A DNA stretch of 14,642 nt, taken from a bacterium. GTDB taxonomy: Bacteria > Krumholzibacteriota > Krumholzibacteriia > WVZY01. The notes under the pieces are model-generated. The model was not told the DNA's origin and made no database searches. It worked only from the letters and a program-made list of their open reading frames with translations. Positions 1-7,513 of the stretch are shown here, piece after piece; position 1 is the first letter of the stretch, and every line of letters starts with the position of its first letter. The DNA lies in assembly GCA_027296025.1 (NCBI GenBank), contig JAPUJU010000167.1, positions 1-14,642 of the forward strand. Direction: 5' to 3'. The translations under genes and the position numbers were made by a program.

Positions 1-1297
1 TGTGCAAAACACCCTGGCCCTTCGTGTAAACGTTGGCGCTATTTTTCGAGCCCTTGCGATTGTAGAAGTCGACGACGATTGGACGGGCTTCCTTCTCGTC
101 CTTTGCGATGGTCTTTCGGTAGCGCTCGTCGACTTCGTAGCGAAAAGCGTCGTCTCCCTCGTGGTATCCCCGGTAGAGTTGCTGAAAGGACGTTGCGAAC
201 CCCTCGTTGAGCCACAGGTGTGACCACTCCGCGCACGTCACCATGTCGCCCCACCACATGTGCGCGAGTTCGTGAGCGACAAGGCCCTGCTGAGTCTTTG
301 TAACCCCCATGTGGTCGTCGTAGAGCATGCGCTTGTTCATCACGGTTGCCGTTGTGTTCTCCATCCCGCCGTAGATGAAGTTCTGTACGGTCACCTGTGC
401 GTACTTTTTGAACGGATAGTCGATTCCGGTGTAGTCGGAGAAAAAATCGACCATATCCGGGGTCAGCCCATAGGCACGACGTGTCGTCTCTTCGCCGGTG
501 CCCGGTGGGACGAGATACATGAGCGGAACGTCCCGCCACATCTCCTCGACGATTTCGTATTCGCCCGCGGCGGCCATTATGAGGTAGGACACCTGAGGCG
601 TGTCGAGCTTCCAGTGGTACTCGATCTTACCGTCGACCTCGCGGGTACCCTGGAGTACTCCGTTTGAGAGCGCGTAATATCCCTCGTCGACTCGGTACCG
701 CGCCTCGAATGTCGCCTTGTCGTTCGGGTAATCGAAGCATGGAATCCAGTAGCGGTTGTCTTCGCCTTCACCCTGCGACCAGACTTCGTACCGTTTCTCC
801 GATATCCCTTTCTCGGGGGCGACGAAATAGAGACCGACTTTCGGCTCTCCATAGTAGTGAACCTCGAGGTCGAAGGTGATGCCCCGCTTGAACGGTTCGC
901 GCACGAAGATCACGAGCTCGTCGGCCGACTCCGTCGTTGCCGCCGTCTCGATCCACGACGTACTCCGGTCGCCGGGGACTGGGTGGTCGAACGCCACAGG
1001 ACGTCCGTCGATAGTCACTTTCTCGACGTTCAGGGCCACGCAGTTGAGCCGGATGACCTTTACGCCCGGTTTGAGCGCCGTGAGTATGTGGGTCACGGAT
1101 CCGGCGATCGACTGGTTCTTCAGATCGAGATCGAGGTCCAGGATCGTGTGCTCCACATCGAAATCCCGGCTCGGCGAGACGTAGGAAAGCGGGTCCGGCT
1201 TGATTCTGTCACTGCCTGCCGCCGCAGGCGGCAGAATGAGGATGGTGCAAACCGCTATGCAGAGCAACCTTGTGAACCCGGGGCGCGTTATTTTCAT
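1..1297 (-). CDS. Secreted M1-family zinc aminopeptidase (gluzincin, aminopeptidase N-like); partial, its 3' end lies beyond the left window edge
   Basis: Minus-strand ATG at 1297 is preceded by AGGAG (revcomp of 1305-1309) with a 7-nt spacer. My own translation has no stop through to position 1 (the ORF track omits it because there is no in-window stop). The N-terminus MKITRPGFTRLLCIAVCTILILPPAAAGSD is a signal peptide. GGMEN exopeptidase motif, HELAHMWWGD zinc motif and the third zinc ligand in WLNEGFA are all present at canonical M1 spacing. Confidence 0.85.
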   Translation of the reverse strand, partial: MKITRPGFTRLLCIAVCTILILPPAAAGSDRIKPDPLSYVSPSRDFDVEHTILDLDLDLKNQSIAGSVTHILTALKPGVKVIRLNCVALNVEKVTIDGRPVAFDHPVPGDRSTSWIETAATTESADELVIFVREPFKRGITFDLEVHYYGEPKVGLYFVAPEKGISEKRYEVWSQGEGEDNRYWIPCFDYPNDKATFEARYRVDEGYYALSNGVLQGTREVDGKIEYHWKLDTPQVSYLIMAAAGEYEIVEEMWRDVPLMYLVPPGTGEETTRRAYGLTPDMVDFFSDYTGIDYPFKKYAQVTVQNFIYGGMENTTATVMNKRMLYDDHMGVTKTQQGLVAHELAHMWWGDMVTCAEWSHLWLNEGFATSFQQLYRGYHEGDDAFRYEVDERYRKTIAKDEKEARPIVVDFYNRKGSKNSANVYTKGQGVLH

Positions 1298-1399
1298 AGT
1301 GAACTCCTTGATCGTTGAATAAACAGCCGGCAAGGGTGTAACATCCAAGTAACCATATCGTAGTTTCTCTGAGCGGGAACAACGCAAGGGGGATCCGAA

Positions 1400-1651
1400 A
1401 TGCTCGAGGCATTCGTCATAATTCTGGGCATCTGTGTTTTCATCGGCCTGTCGTTCAAGCTGCTCGGGTGGCTCCTCGTGCTACCGTTCAAAATCCTGGC
1501 TTGGGCCCTACAGGGGCTCGTGGGATTGGTCGTGTTGCTGCCCGCCGTCATTATAGCATGTTGTTTCCTCGGTATCTTCGTGCCCGTTCTTCTGACGATT
1601 ATTGCGGTGCCGGTGGGCATCGCCGCGGCCATTCTGAATTTCATCTTCTAG
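1400..1651 (+). CDS. Small (83 aa) highly hydrophobic integral membrane protein, probably 2-3 TM helices, function unknown
   Basis: ATG at 1400 is preceded by a strong SD, AAGGGGGA (1386-1393), with a 6-nt spacer. The protein is almost entirely hydrophobic (LLGWLLVLPFKILAWALQGLVGLVVLLPAVIIACCFLGIFVPVLLTIIAVPVGIAAAILNFIF). Its stop TAG (1649-1651) overlaps the rmlD stop on the other strand inside CTAG (1648-1651). Confidence 0.55.
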   Translation: MLEAFVIILGICVFIGLSFKLLGWLLVLPFKILAWALQGLVGLVVLLPAVIIACCFLGIFVPVLLTIIAVPVGIAAAILNFIF

Positions 1652-2508
1652 CTGTCGAGTTTCTTCACCAGATACCGCCCCAGTGCGTCTTCCCACGCGG
1701 GCATGATGTCGATGCCCTGGGCGAGCAGGGCTGTGTTCGCGAGGACGGAGTATGCCGGCCGTCTCGCAGGTGCCCCCCACTCGGCAGCCGTCGTTTTTTC
1801 CAGTGTGATCTTTACTCCTGACTTCTCGAAAATCGCTTCGGCAAATTCGAACCACGAACATTGTCCCGAGTTGGTCGCGTGATACGTCCCGAATGGTGGT
1901 TCGGCTTCGATCATCTTATCGATCTGCGTGGCAAGATCCTCGGTGAAGGTCGGAGTGAGAACCTCGTCAGCGACGATTCGTAACGAGTCATTCTTGCTCG
2001 CCGCTCCGAGCATCGTGTCGATAAAGTTTTTGCCACCCTTTCCCCTGCACGGGTGGAGTCCGTAGAGCCCGCTCGTTCTCACGAGGTAGTGGTTCTTGTT
2101 GAGGTAGGTCGTGTACAACTCGCCCGCCAGCTTGGTGATTCCATACGCGTTAATCGGGTGCGGCATGTCTGTCTCGATGTACGGCCCGTCTTTCGTTCCG
2201 TCGAACACGTAGTCGGTTCCGATCTGAATGAGCCGCGCGCCGGTAGAACGGCTCGCTTCCGCAAGGTGCCGGGCCCCGAGAGCGTTGATCTCGAATGCCC
2301 GCGTGTTTTCGGTCTCGCAAAGATCGACGTTGGTCATCGCTGCGGCATTGATGATCCAGTCCGGCTTCATCTTTTCCACGACACGCAACGTACGTTCGCG
2401 GTCTGTGATATCGAGTTCACTGTGGGAGACCGGCCTTGCTTCGCGTGGAGCAAGTGTCTTCAAAAGATCCTGTCCAAGTTGCCCGTCGCCGCCGATAATC
2501 GCAATCAT
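1648..2508 (-). CDS. rmlD: dTDP-4-dehydrorhamnose reductase (RmlD/RfbD), 286 aa
   Basis: Begins MIAIIGGDGQLGQDL (Rossmann GxxGxxG) and has the catalytic YGITK (YxxxK) motif; overall RmlD-like sequence, including MPHPINAYGITKLAGE and DYVFDG. The real start is the ATG at 2508, where ATGA overlaps the stop of the upstream GT2 gene. The 413-aa track ORF 1648..2889 is an out-of-frame 5' over-extension into the GT2 gene. Confidence 0.85.
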   Translation of the reverse strand: MIAIIGGDGQLGQDLLKTLAPREARPVSHSELDITDRERTLRVVEKMKPDWIINAAAMTNVDLCETENTRAFEINALGARHLAEASRSTGARLIQIGTDYVFDGTKDGPYIETDMPHPINAYGITKLAGELYTTYLNKNHYLVRTSGLYGLHPCRGKGGKNFIDTMLGAASKNDSLRIVADEVLTPTFTEDLATQIDKMIEAEPPFGTYHATNSGQCSWFEFAEAIFEKSGVKITLEKTTAAEWGAPARRPAYSVLANTALLAQGIDIMPAWEDALGRYLVKKLDS

Positions 2509-3479
2509 GAATGCCCGCCTGTTTTTGTTGTCGTTCCCGCGTTCGGCGCCTCGGTTGTGTCGCGAATCCGGCCGGAGAGAACCATGAAGAGGACGCGGAT
2601 CACATCGGAGAGAAAGAAAAACGGTAGCGTTAACCAGTGATGCGGCGACGCGTATTTTCCAAAAAACCTGAACGTGCTCTGGAGTTTGCGCATGATCTTG
2701 CGGCGGCCGAGCTGCCCTCCCGTACTTGCCGAGATGCGGTGCCACACTTTGCCGGCCGGTGTATAAACAATTCGGTACCCGGCCCGCCGGGCGCGCATGC
2801 AGAAATCGGTGTCCTCGAAGTACGCCCCGTAGGCCGGGTCGAGCATTCCGATTCGTGAGAATACCTGCCGCCTCGCCATGAGCGCGCACCCGGTGATGTA
2901 GTCCACGTCTCTTACCTCATCATACTGGCCGCGGTCGATCTCGCGCAGGCCGATGTGCCGGGTGGTGCCGCGCGCAAGGAAGACTTCGCCTCCCGCGAAC
3001 CAGATGCGATCGGGTGGGGAGGAGTAGAAAATTTTGGGTCCGGCGACACCGACGTCTGGCGCGTCGCGGAAAGCGGAAACGAGACCGTCGACGAGAACAG
3101 GTGAGACCGTCGTGTCGTTGTTGAGTAGAAGCACGAGGTCAGCGCCCTTTTCCAGGGCGTATTCGATGCCGACATTGTTGCCCTTCGAGAAGCCCGTGTT
3201 TTCGGAATTGACGATCAACGTAACCGAATCCCCGTAGCGCTCACGGACAGCCTCAGCGGTTCCGTCGGTAGATGCGTTATCGACGGTCACGATTTCGACA
3301 TTGTGGTAATCGAGTTCGCGCAATGAGTCGAGACAATCGAGAGTCAGCGCCTTTCCGTTCCAGGTCAAGACGATGATTGCGACTCTCGGGTCGGTGGTTT
3401 GGGTGTTGTCGGTTGACACGTTGGACAGAAAAGAGCAGGGGAGAATGACGGCTCGATCACATGTGGGATTATACAGCAC
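2505..3479 (-). CDS. Family 2 glycosyltransferase (GT-A fold; rhamnosyltransferase WbbL/RfbF-like), probably co-transcribed with rmlD
   Basis: GT2 signature: VAIIVLTWNG...VDNASTDGT (nucleotide-sugar binding), EDTDFCMRARRAGYRIVY (DxD-type region), and a C-terminal amphipathic/TM tail. The stop TGA (2505-2507) overlaps the rmlD start (ATGA). The start is uncertain. The track uses GTG at 3479, whereas the conserved domain begins about 32 codons later, so an internal start (e.g. the GTG giving MSTDNTQTTDPRVAIIV) is possible. Confidence 0.8.
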   Translation of the reverse strand: MLYNPTCDRAVILPCSFLSNVSTDNTQTTDPRVAIIVLTWNGKALTLDCLDSLRELDYHNVEIVTVDNASTDGTAEAVRERYGDSVTLIVNSENTGFSKGNNVGIEYALEKGADLVLLLNNDTTVSPVLVDGLVSAFRDAPDVGVAGPKIFYSSPPDRIWFAGGEVFLARGTTRHIGLREIDRGQYDEVRDVDYITGCALMARRQVFSRIGMLDPAYGAYFEDTDFCMRARRAGYRIVYTPAGKVWHRISASTGGQLGRRKIMRKLQSTFRFFGKYASPHHWLTLPFFFLSDVIRVLFMVLSGRIRDTTEAPNAGTTTKTGGHS

Positions 3480-3551
3480 CTCTCATGGAAGCCGCCAGTG
3501 CAAAAGCAATAGGGCCAAGGAATTGGGGTATCGATGCACGGCGACGCAGTC

Positions 3552-3580
3552 TTGACGCGCCCGGGGGAAACCGCTAAGTT
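3552..3580 (+). promoter_or_regulatory. Candidate sigma70-type promoter for the SPFH-phosphodiesterase/gpmI operon: TTGACG (3552-3557), 17-nt spacer, TAAGTT (3575-3580)
   Basis: The hexamers and 17-nt spacing were read directly. It lies about 100 nt upstream of the ATG at 3678 in a divergent intergenic region. The -10 overlaps a 6-bp palindrome, AGTTAC-tcgt-GTAACT (3577-3592). Confidence 0.3.
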
Positions 3581-3677
3581 ACTCGTGTAACTGAACGAAC
3601 GCTTTCATTCACCTCATTGATTCCTCAGATCAATCATTCCGACACGCCGGCTTGGGTGTGAAATTGAGTTCTGATTC

Positions 3678-5951
3678 ATGAAGCGAACCTTGCTTATTTC
3701 GACGGCACTCGTCGCCGCCATCGTCATAATAGTGGTTCTCGGCATCAAGCGCGTGCCGAAAGCTCGACAGGCCGTTCTGGTGCGTGCCGGACGCGCCGTC
3801 GCCGAAATGGGACCCGGTACCCACTGGGTGTTTCCCGGTCGCGGTCGTCTCATCACGTACCCGGTAGGCAGCGTGGAGCTTCGGTGTCCTCCCGAGGGTT
3901 CCTACGGTGCGCTGACGAGCGAGGGCTTGCCATGCCGTGTGGCATTGCGAGTTCAGTTGAGGTTCGAAGACTCTGCATCCCGGATCCATGCCGCTGTAGG
4001 TGAGGACTACAAAGCCGCGATCGTATCACGATTCCGTTCCGCCACAGAGATCATAGCGGCGACTGAGAAGGCGGACGCACTATCTCGCGAGGCCGTGCGT
4101 CTGGCGGGGCGCATGGCCGAAGAAGTCAACGCCGGGCTCGTTGAACGCGCCGTGCGAGTGACGGGCTTCAATATAGAGGAGATGTCGTTAGGGACGCCTG
4201 GAACCACCGCGACGATCAATGTCACCTCCGAACCTCTTCGGAAAGTCGTCTTTGTCGGTGTCGACGGCGCCGACTGGCGAATCATCGATGACCTCATCGG
4301 CCAGGGCAAGCTTCCGAACTTCAGAAAGCTGAAAGAAAAGGGTGCGACGGGCCCCCTGCGATCGATTGAACCGATTCTCTCACCGATGATATGGACGACG
4401 ATGGCGACCGGCAAGCTGCCCGAGGAGCACGGCATTCTGAACTTCACCGTGGCCGATCCCGAGACGGGTCGCAAAGTTCCGATCACGCGGCGCTATCGAA
4501 AGGTCGACGCGATATGGAACATGTTGTCTGACTATGACCGCACGGTTGACATCGTTGGTTGGCTCGCCACGTTTCCCGCCGAGCAGATCAACGGAGTGAT
4601 GGTCACGGATCGTGTCGGGTATCTCGCGTACGCTGAGGCGGAGGACGAGGAGCGCACGATCGAAGGTGGGATTGCGCCGGCCGATCGTGTCCGGGAGATT
4701 TCGTCGCTCGTTCGTCGGAGCAGCAGTGTCCGGTTCGAGGAGTTCTCTCCGTTTGTTCAAATAGATGAATCTCGGTTTCTCGAAAATAGATCCCGCGTCT
4801 TCGATCCGAAAAACCCGACCAACAACATGATCATGCTGTACGCGTCTACGGAGAGCTACCGGCAAATCGCGCTGCATCTGCTGAGAGAAGGACAACCGGA
4901 TTTTCTTGCCGTGTATTTTGAGCTGGTCGACGCAACGAAACATCTCTTCATGCACTACGCGCCGCCAAGGCTGGAGCACGTGGACCCGGAAGCGTACCGT
5001 GTTTTCAAGGATGCGGTGACTCAGGCGTACGTCTACCAGGACCGCATCATAGGGGAGATCATGGACCTGTGCGATGACAACACCATAGTCATTGTTGCTT
5101 CGGACCACGGGTTCAAGAGCGGTCGGCGCCGGCCGACGCAGCGCCCGGAAATCTGGGCGGGCAAGGCGGCGTTCTGGCACGAACTCAACGGTATCATCTG
5201 CATGTACGGTCCCGGGATTCGTGAGGGATCTACCATACGAAAAGCGTCGATTGTGGATATCGTGCCGACATGTCTCGCGTTGCAGGGTTTTCCCGAGGCG
5301 AACGACATGCCGGGGCGCGTCCTGGATTCGGTATTCGATAGTGAGTTGATGGTACGCTTGAACCGGGAGAAGGTCGCGACTCTCGAGAGGGTCGACCGGG
5401 AGGACGATATGGCCTCCGTCGTGGGCGACGGCGCGACCGACGAGGCGCTTCGAAAGCTCGAGGCGCTCGGGTATATCACCCCGGAGAATCCCGATGCGCA
5501 CAACAATCTCGGCCAGCGGCTCCAGGAGCAGGGAAAGCATGTCGAGGCTATCGAAGAATTCAAAAAAGCGCTGGCCATCAATCCGAGCTTCCCCGCCGCG
5601 TTGAACAACCTTGGCGTTTGCTACGGCAAGCTTCGCCGTTACGATGACGCCCGGGAATCCTTCGTGAAGGCATTGGCGTTGAATCCGGAAGACACCTACG
5701 CGATGAACAATATCGCCGTGTTGTACATTCAAACGGGAAGCCTCGACCAGGCGTTGAAGTGGGCGAAGAAGTCGATCGAGGTAGAACCGGGGTACGCGAA
5801 CGGCCGTCTGACGGTCGGGTCCATCTATGCTAACATGGGTGAGCTGGACCGGGCGGAAGTGGAATTTCGCAAGGTACTTGAACTCGACCCTTCGAACAAG
5901 AGCGCACAGTTAAATCTGCAAAAATTGAAAGCAGCACAAGATGCCAGGTAG
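3678..5951 (+). CDS. Membrane-anchored tripartite protein, 757 aa: N-terminal TM helix, SPFH/band-7 domain (about aa 20-175), type-I phosphodiesterase/nucleotide pyrophosphatase domain (alkaline-phosphatase superfamily, about aa 188-560), then four TPR repeats (about aa 600-757)
   Basis: TM: LLISTALVAAIVIIVVLG. SPFH-like: VPKARQAVLVRAGR...GPGTHWVFPGRG...TSEGLPCRVALRVQLRFED...NIEEMSL. PF01663-like: VVFVGVDGADWRIIDDLIGQGKLPNFRKLKEKGATGPLRSIEPILSPMIWTTMATGKLPEEHGI and the metal-site motif IVIVASDHGF. TPRs run from AHNNLGQRLQEQGKHVEAIEEFKKALAINP through EFRKVLELDPSNK. Stop TAG is at 5949-5951. gpmI follows 26 bp downstream, so the two are an operon. Confidence 0.85.
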   Translation: MKRTLLISTALVAAIVIIVVLGIKRVPKARQAVLVRAGRAVAEMGPGTHWVFPGRGRLITYPVGSVELRCPPEGSYGALTSEGLPCRVALRVQLRFEDSASRIHAAVGEDYKAAIVSRFRSATEIIAATEKADALSREAVRLAGRMAEEVNAGLVERAVRVTGFNIEEMSLGTPGTTATINVTSEPLRKVVFVGVDGADWRIIDDLIGQGKLPNFRKLKEKGATGPLRSIEPILSPMIWTTMATGKLPEEHGILNFTVADPETGRKVPITRRYRKVDAIWNMLSDYDRTVDIVGWLATFPAEQINGVMVTDRVGYLAYAEAEDEERTIEGGIAPADRVREISSLVRRSSSVRFEEFSPFVQIDESRFLENRSRVFDPKNPTNNMIMLYASTESYRQIALHLLREGQPDFLAVYFELVDATKHLFMHYAPPRLEHVDPEAYRVFKDAVTQAYVYQDRIIGEIMDLCDDNTIVIVASDHGFKSGRRRPTQRPEIWAGKAAFWHELNGIICMYGPGIREGSTIRKASIVDIVPTCLALQGFPEANDMPGRVLDSVFDSELMVRLNREKVATLERVDREDDMASVVGDGATDEALRKLEALGYITPENPDAHNNLGQRLQEQGKHVEAIEEFKKALAINPSFPAALNNLGVCYGKLRRYDDARESFVKALALNPEDTYAMNNIAVLYIQTGSLDQALKWAKKSIEVEPGYANGRLTVGSIYANMGELDRAEVEFRKVLELDPSNKSAQLNLQKLKAAQDAR

Positions 5952-5977
5952 AAATTCAAACCCGCAGGAGTTGAAGC

Positions 5978-7513
5978 GTGAAAAGGCGAGTCGTGCTCCT
6001 CATCATGGACGGCTGGGGACTGCGCGATGACTCGACGGCAAACGCTGTCAAGCTTGCGCGAACCCCAGTTGTCGACCGGCTCTTGAAGGTTTACCCCCAC
6101 ACCCGGCTCGATCCTTGCGGGCGCGCGGTCGGGTTGCCGGATGCTCAGATGGGGAACAGCGAGGTCGGGCACCTGAATCTCGGCGCCGGGCGCGTGGTCC
6201 GTCAGGACATCGTCCGTGTTTCTGACGCGATCGACGACGGATCGTTTTTCGAGAACGAGGCGTTGCTCCGTGCGGTGCGTGCCGCGCAATCGGGTGGAAC
6301 GCTGCACTTGATGGGGCTTCTTTCGTCTGGTGGTGTGCACAGCATGCAGAGTCATCTCGAGGCGCTCGTGGAACTCGCGACCCGAAACGGTCTCGCCCGC
6401 GTGCGCGTACACGCGTTCACGGACGGTCGGGATACGTCGCCAACGGGCGGGCTTCGGTACCTTGCCGATCTGCAGGCGGTCCTCGACAAGCAGAAGACGG
6501 GTACTGTCGCGTCGGTGATGGGGCGATACCACGCGATGGACAGGGACAAGCGTTGGGACCGCACCCGGAAGGCCTACCACGCGTTGCGAAACGGTGAAGG
6601 ACTTCACACGACGGACTACGCGGCGGCGGTCAAGCGGTCCTATGATGCTGGTGTTACGGATGAGTTCATCGAGCCGATCATTGTCGTTGACACAAACGGC
6701 GAACCGATCGGCCGCGTAGAAGACGGTGACGCCGTTGTGTTTTTCAACTTCCGCGCCGACCGCGCACGACAGATTACACAGGCGTTTACCGATCCCGAGT
6801 TCAACGGGTTCGATCGGCGGGGCACGTCGAGCCTCACCTATGTCTGTATGACGGAGTACCGGAGGGACTTCGATCTGCCGGTGGCGATCCGGCGCAGCAG
6901 CATGAAGAACATTCTCGGGGAAGCGGCCTCGGCCGCCGGGCACACGAGTTTTCGAATTGCCGAGACGGAAAAGTATGCGCACGTGACGTACTTTTTCAAC
7001 GGGGGAAACGAAACACCCTACAGTGGAGAAGACCGGACGCTCATCCCGTCACCCAAAGTGGCGACGTACGACGAAACGCCCCGTATGAGCGCAGTCGAGG
7101 TAACGGACACACTCATCGCCACGCTCGCCGAAAAACGACACGACTACATAATCTGCAACTTGGCAAACCCGGACATGGTCGGCCACACCGGAGTCCTCGA
7201 GGCGGCGATCGAGGCGGTCGAAACAGTCGATACATGTGTGGGTCGCGTGATCGACGCGCTCGATCTCGACGATGATGCGGCTATCGTTACCTCCGATCAT
7301 GGAAACGCCGAAATGATGATCGACCCCGAGACGGGAGGTCCCCATACGGCGCACACTAAGAATCCTGTGCCATGTATTCTCGTCGACAAACACTATCGGG
7401 GCAAGTTGATCGAGGCAGGCGCTTTGCGGGACATTGCGCCGACGATCTGCAACTATCTGGGGACCACACCACCGGAAGAGATGACGGGCAGGGACCTCCG
7501 AAAAAACCCCTAG
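5978..7513 (+). CDS. gpmI: 2,3-bisphosphoglycerate-independent phosphoglycerate mutase (iPGM), 511 aa
   Basis: GTG start at 5978 is preceded by AGGAG (5966-5970) with a 7-nt spacer. N-terminus VVLLIMDGWG...MGNSEVGHLNLGAGR and C-terminal TSDHGNAEMM are hallmark iPGM motifs. Stop TAG (7511-7513) overlaps the convergent GT-C stop inside CTAG. Confidence 0.92.
   Translation: MKRRVVLLIMDGWGLRDDSTANAVKLARTPVVDRLLKVYPHTRLDPCGRAVGLPDAQMGNSEVGHLNLGAGRVVRQDIVRVSDAIDDGSFFENEALLRAVRAAQSGGTLHLMGLLSSGGVHSMQSHLEALVELATRNGLARVRVHAFTDGRDTSPTGGLRYLADLQAVLDKQKTGTVASVMGRYHAMDRDKRWDRTRKAYHALRNGEGLHTTDYAAAVKRSYDAGVTDEFIEPIIVVDTNGEPIGRVEDGDAVVFFNFRADRARQITQAFTDPEFNGFDRRGTSSLTYVCMTEYRRDFDLPVAIRRSSMKNILGEAASAAGHTSFRIAETEKYAHVTYFFNGGNETPYSGEDRTLIPSPKVATYDETPRMSAVEVTDTLIATLAEKRHDYIICNLANPDMVGHTGVLEAAIEAVETVDTCVGRVIDALDLDDDAAIVTSDHGNAEMMIDPETGGPHTAHTKNPVPCILVDKHYRGKLIEAGALRDIAPTICNYLGTTPPEEMTGRDLRKNP

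Noticed and set aside
1648-2889. 413-aa version of the rmlD ORF extending upstream to 2889
   Set aside because: The extension overlaps the GT2 gene out of frame and precedes the conserved Rossmann N-terminus (MIAIIGGDGQLG). The ATG at 2508 with ATGA coupling is the real start.
4380-5732. 450-aa minus-strand ORF antisense to the SPFH-PDE gene. Similar long antisense ORFs occur at 5825..6982, 11015..11893, 11972..13285, 5033..5608, 260..667 and 857..1318.
   Set aside because: They lie opposite genes with strong, motif-verified coding signal. Their translations are Arg/Pro/Gly/Ala-rich and low-complexity, with no recognisable domains. Stop-free antisense frames are expected in high-GC DNA.
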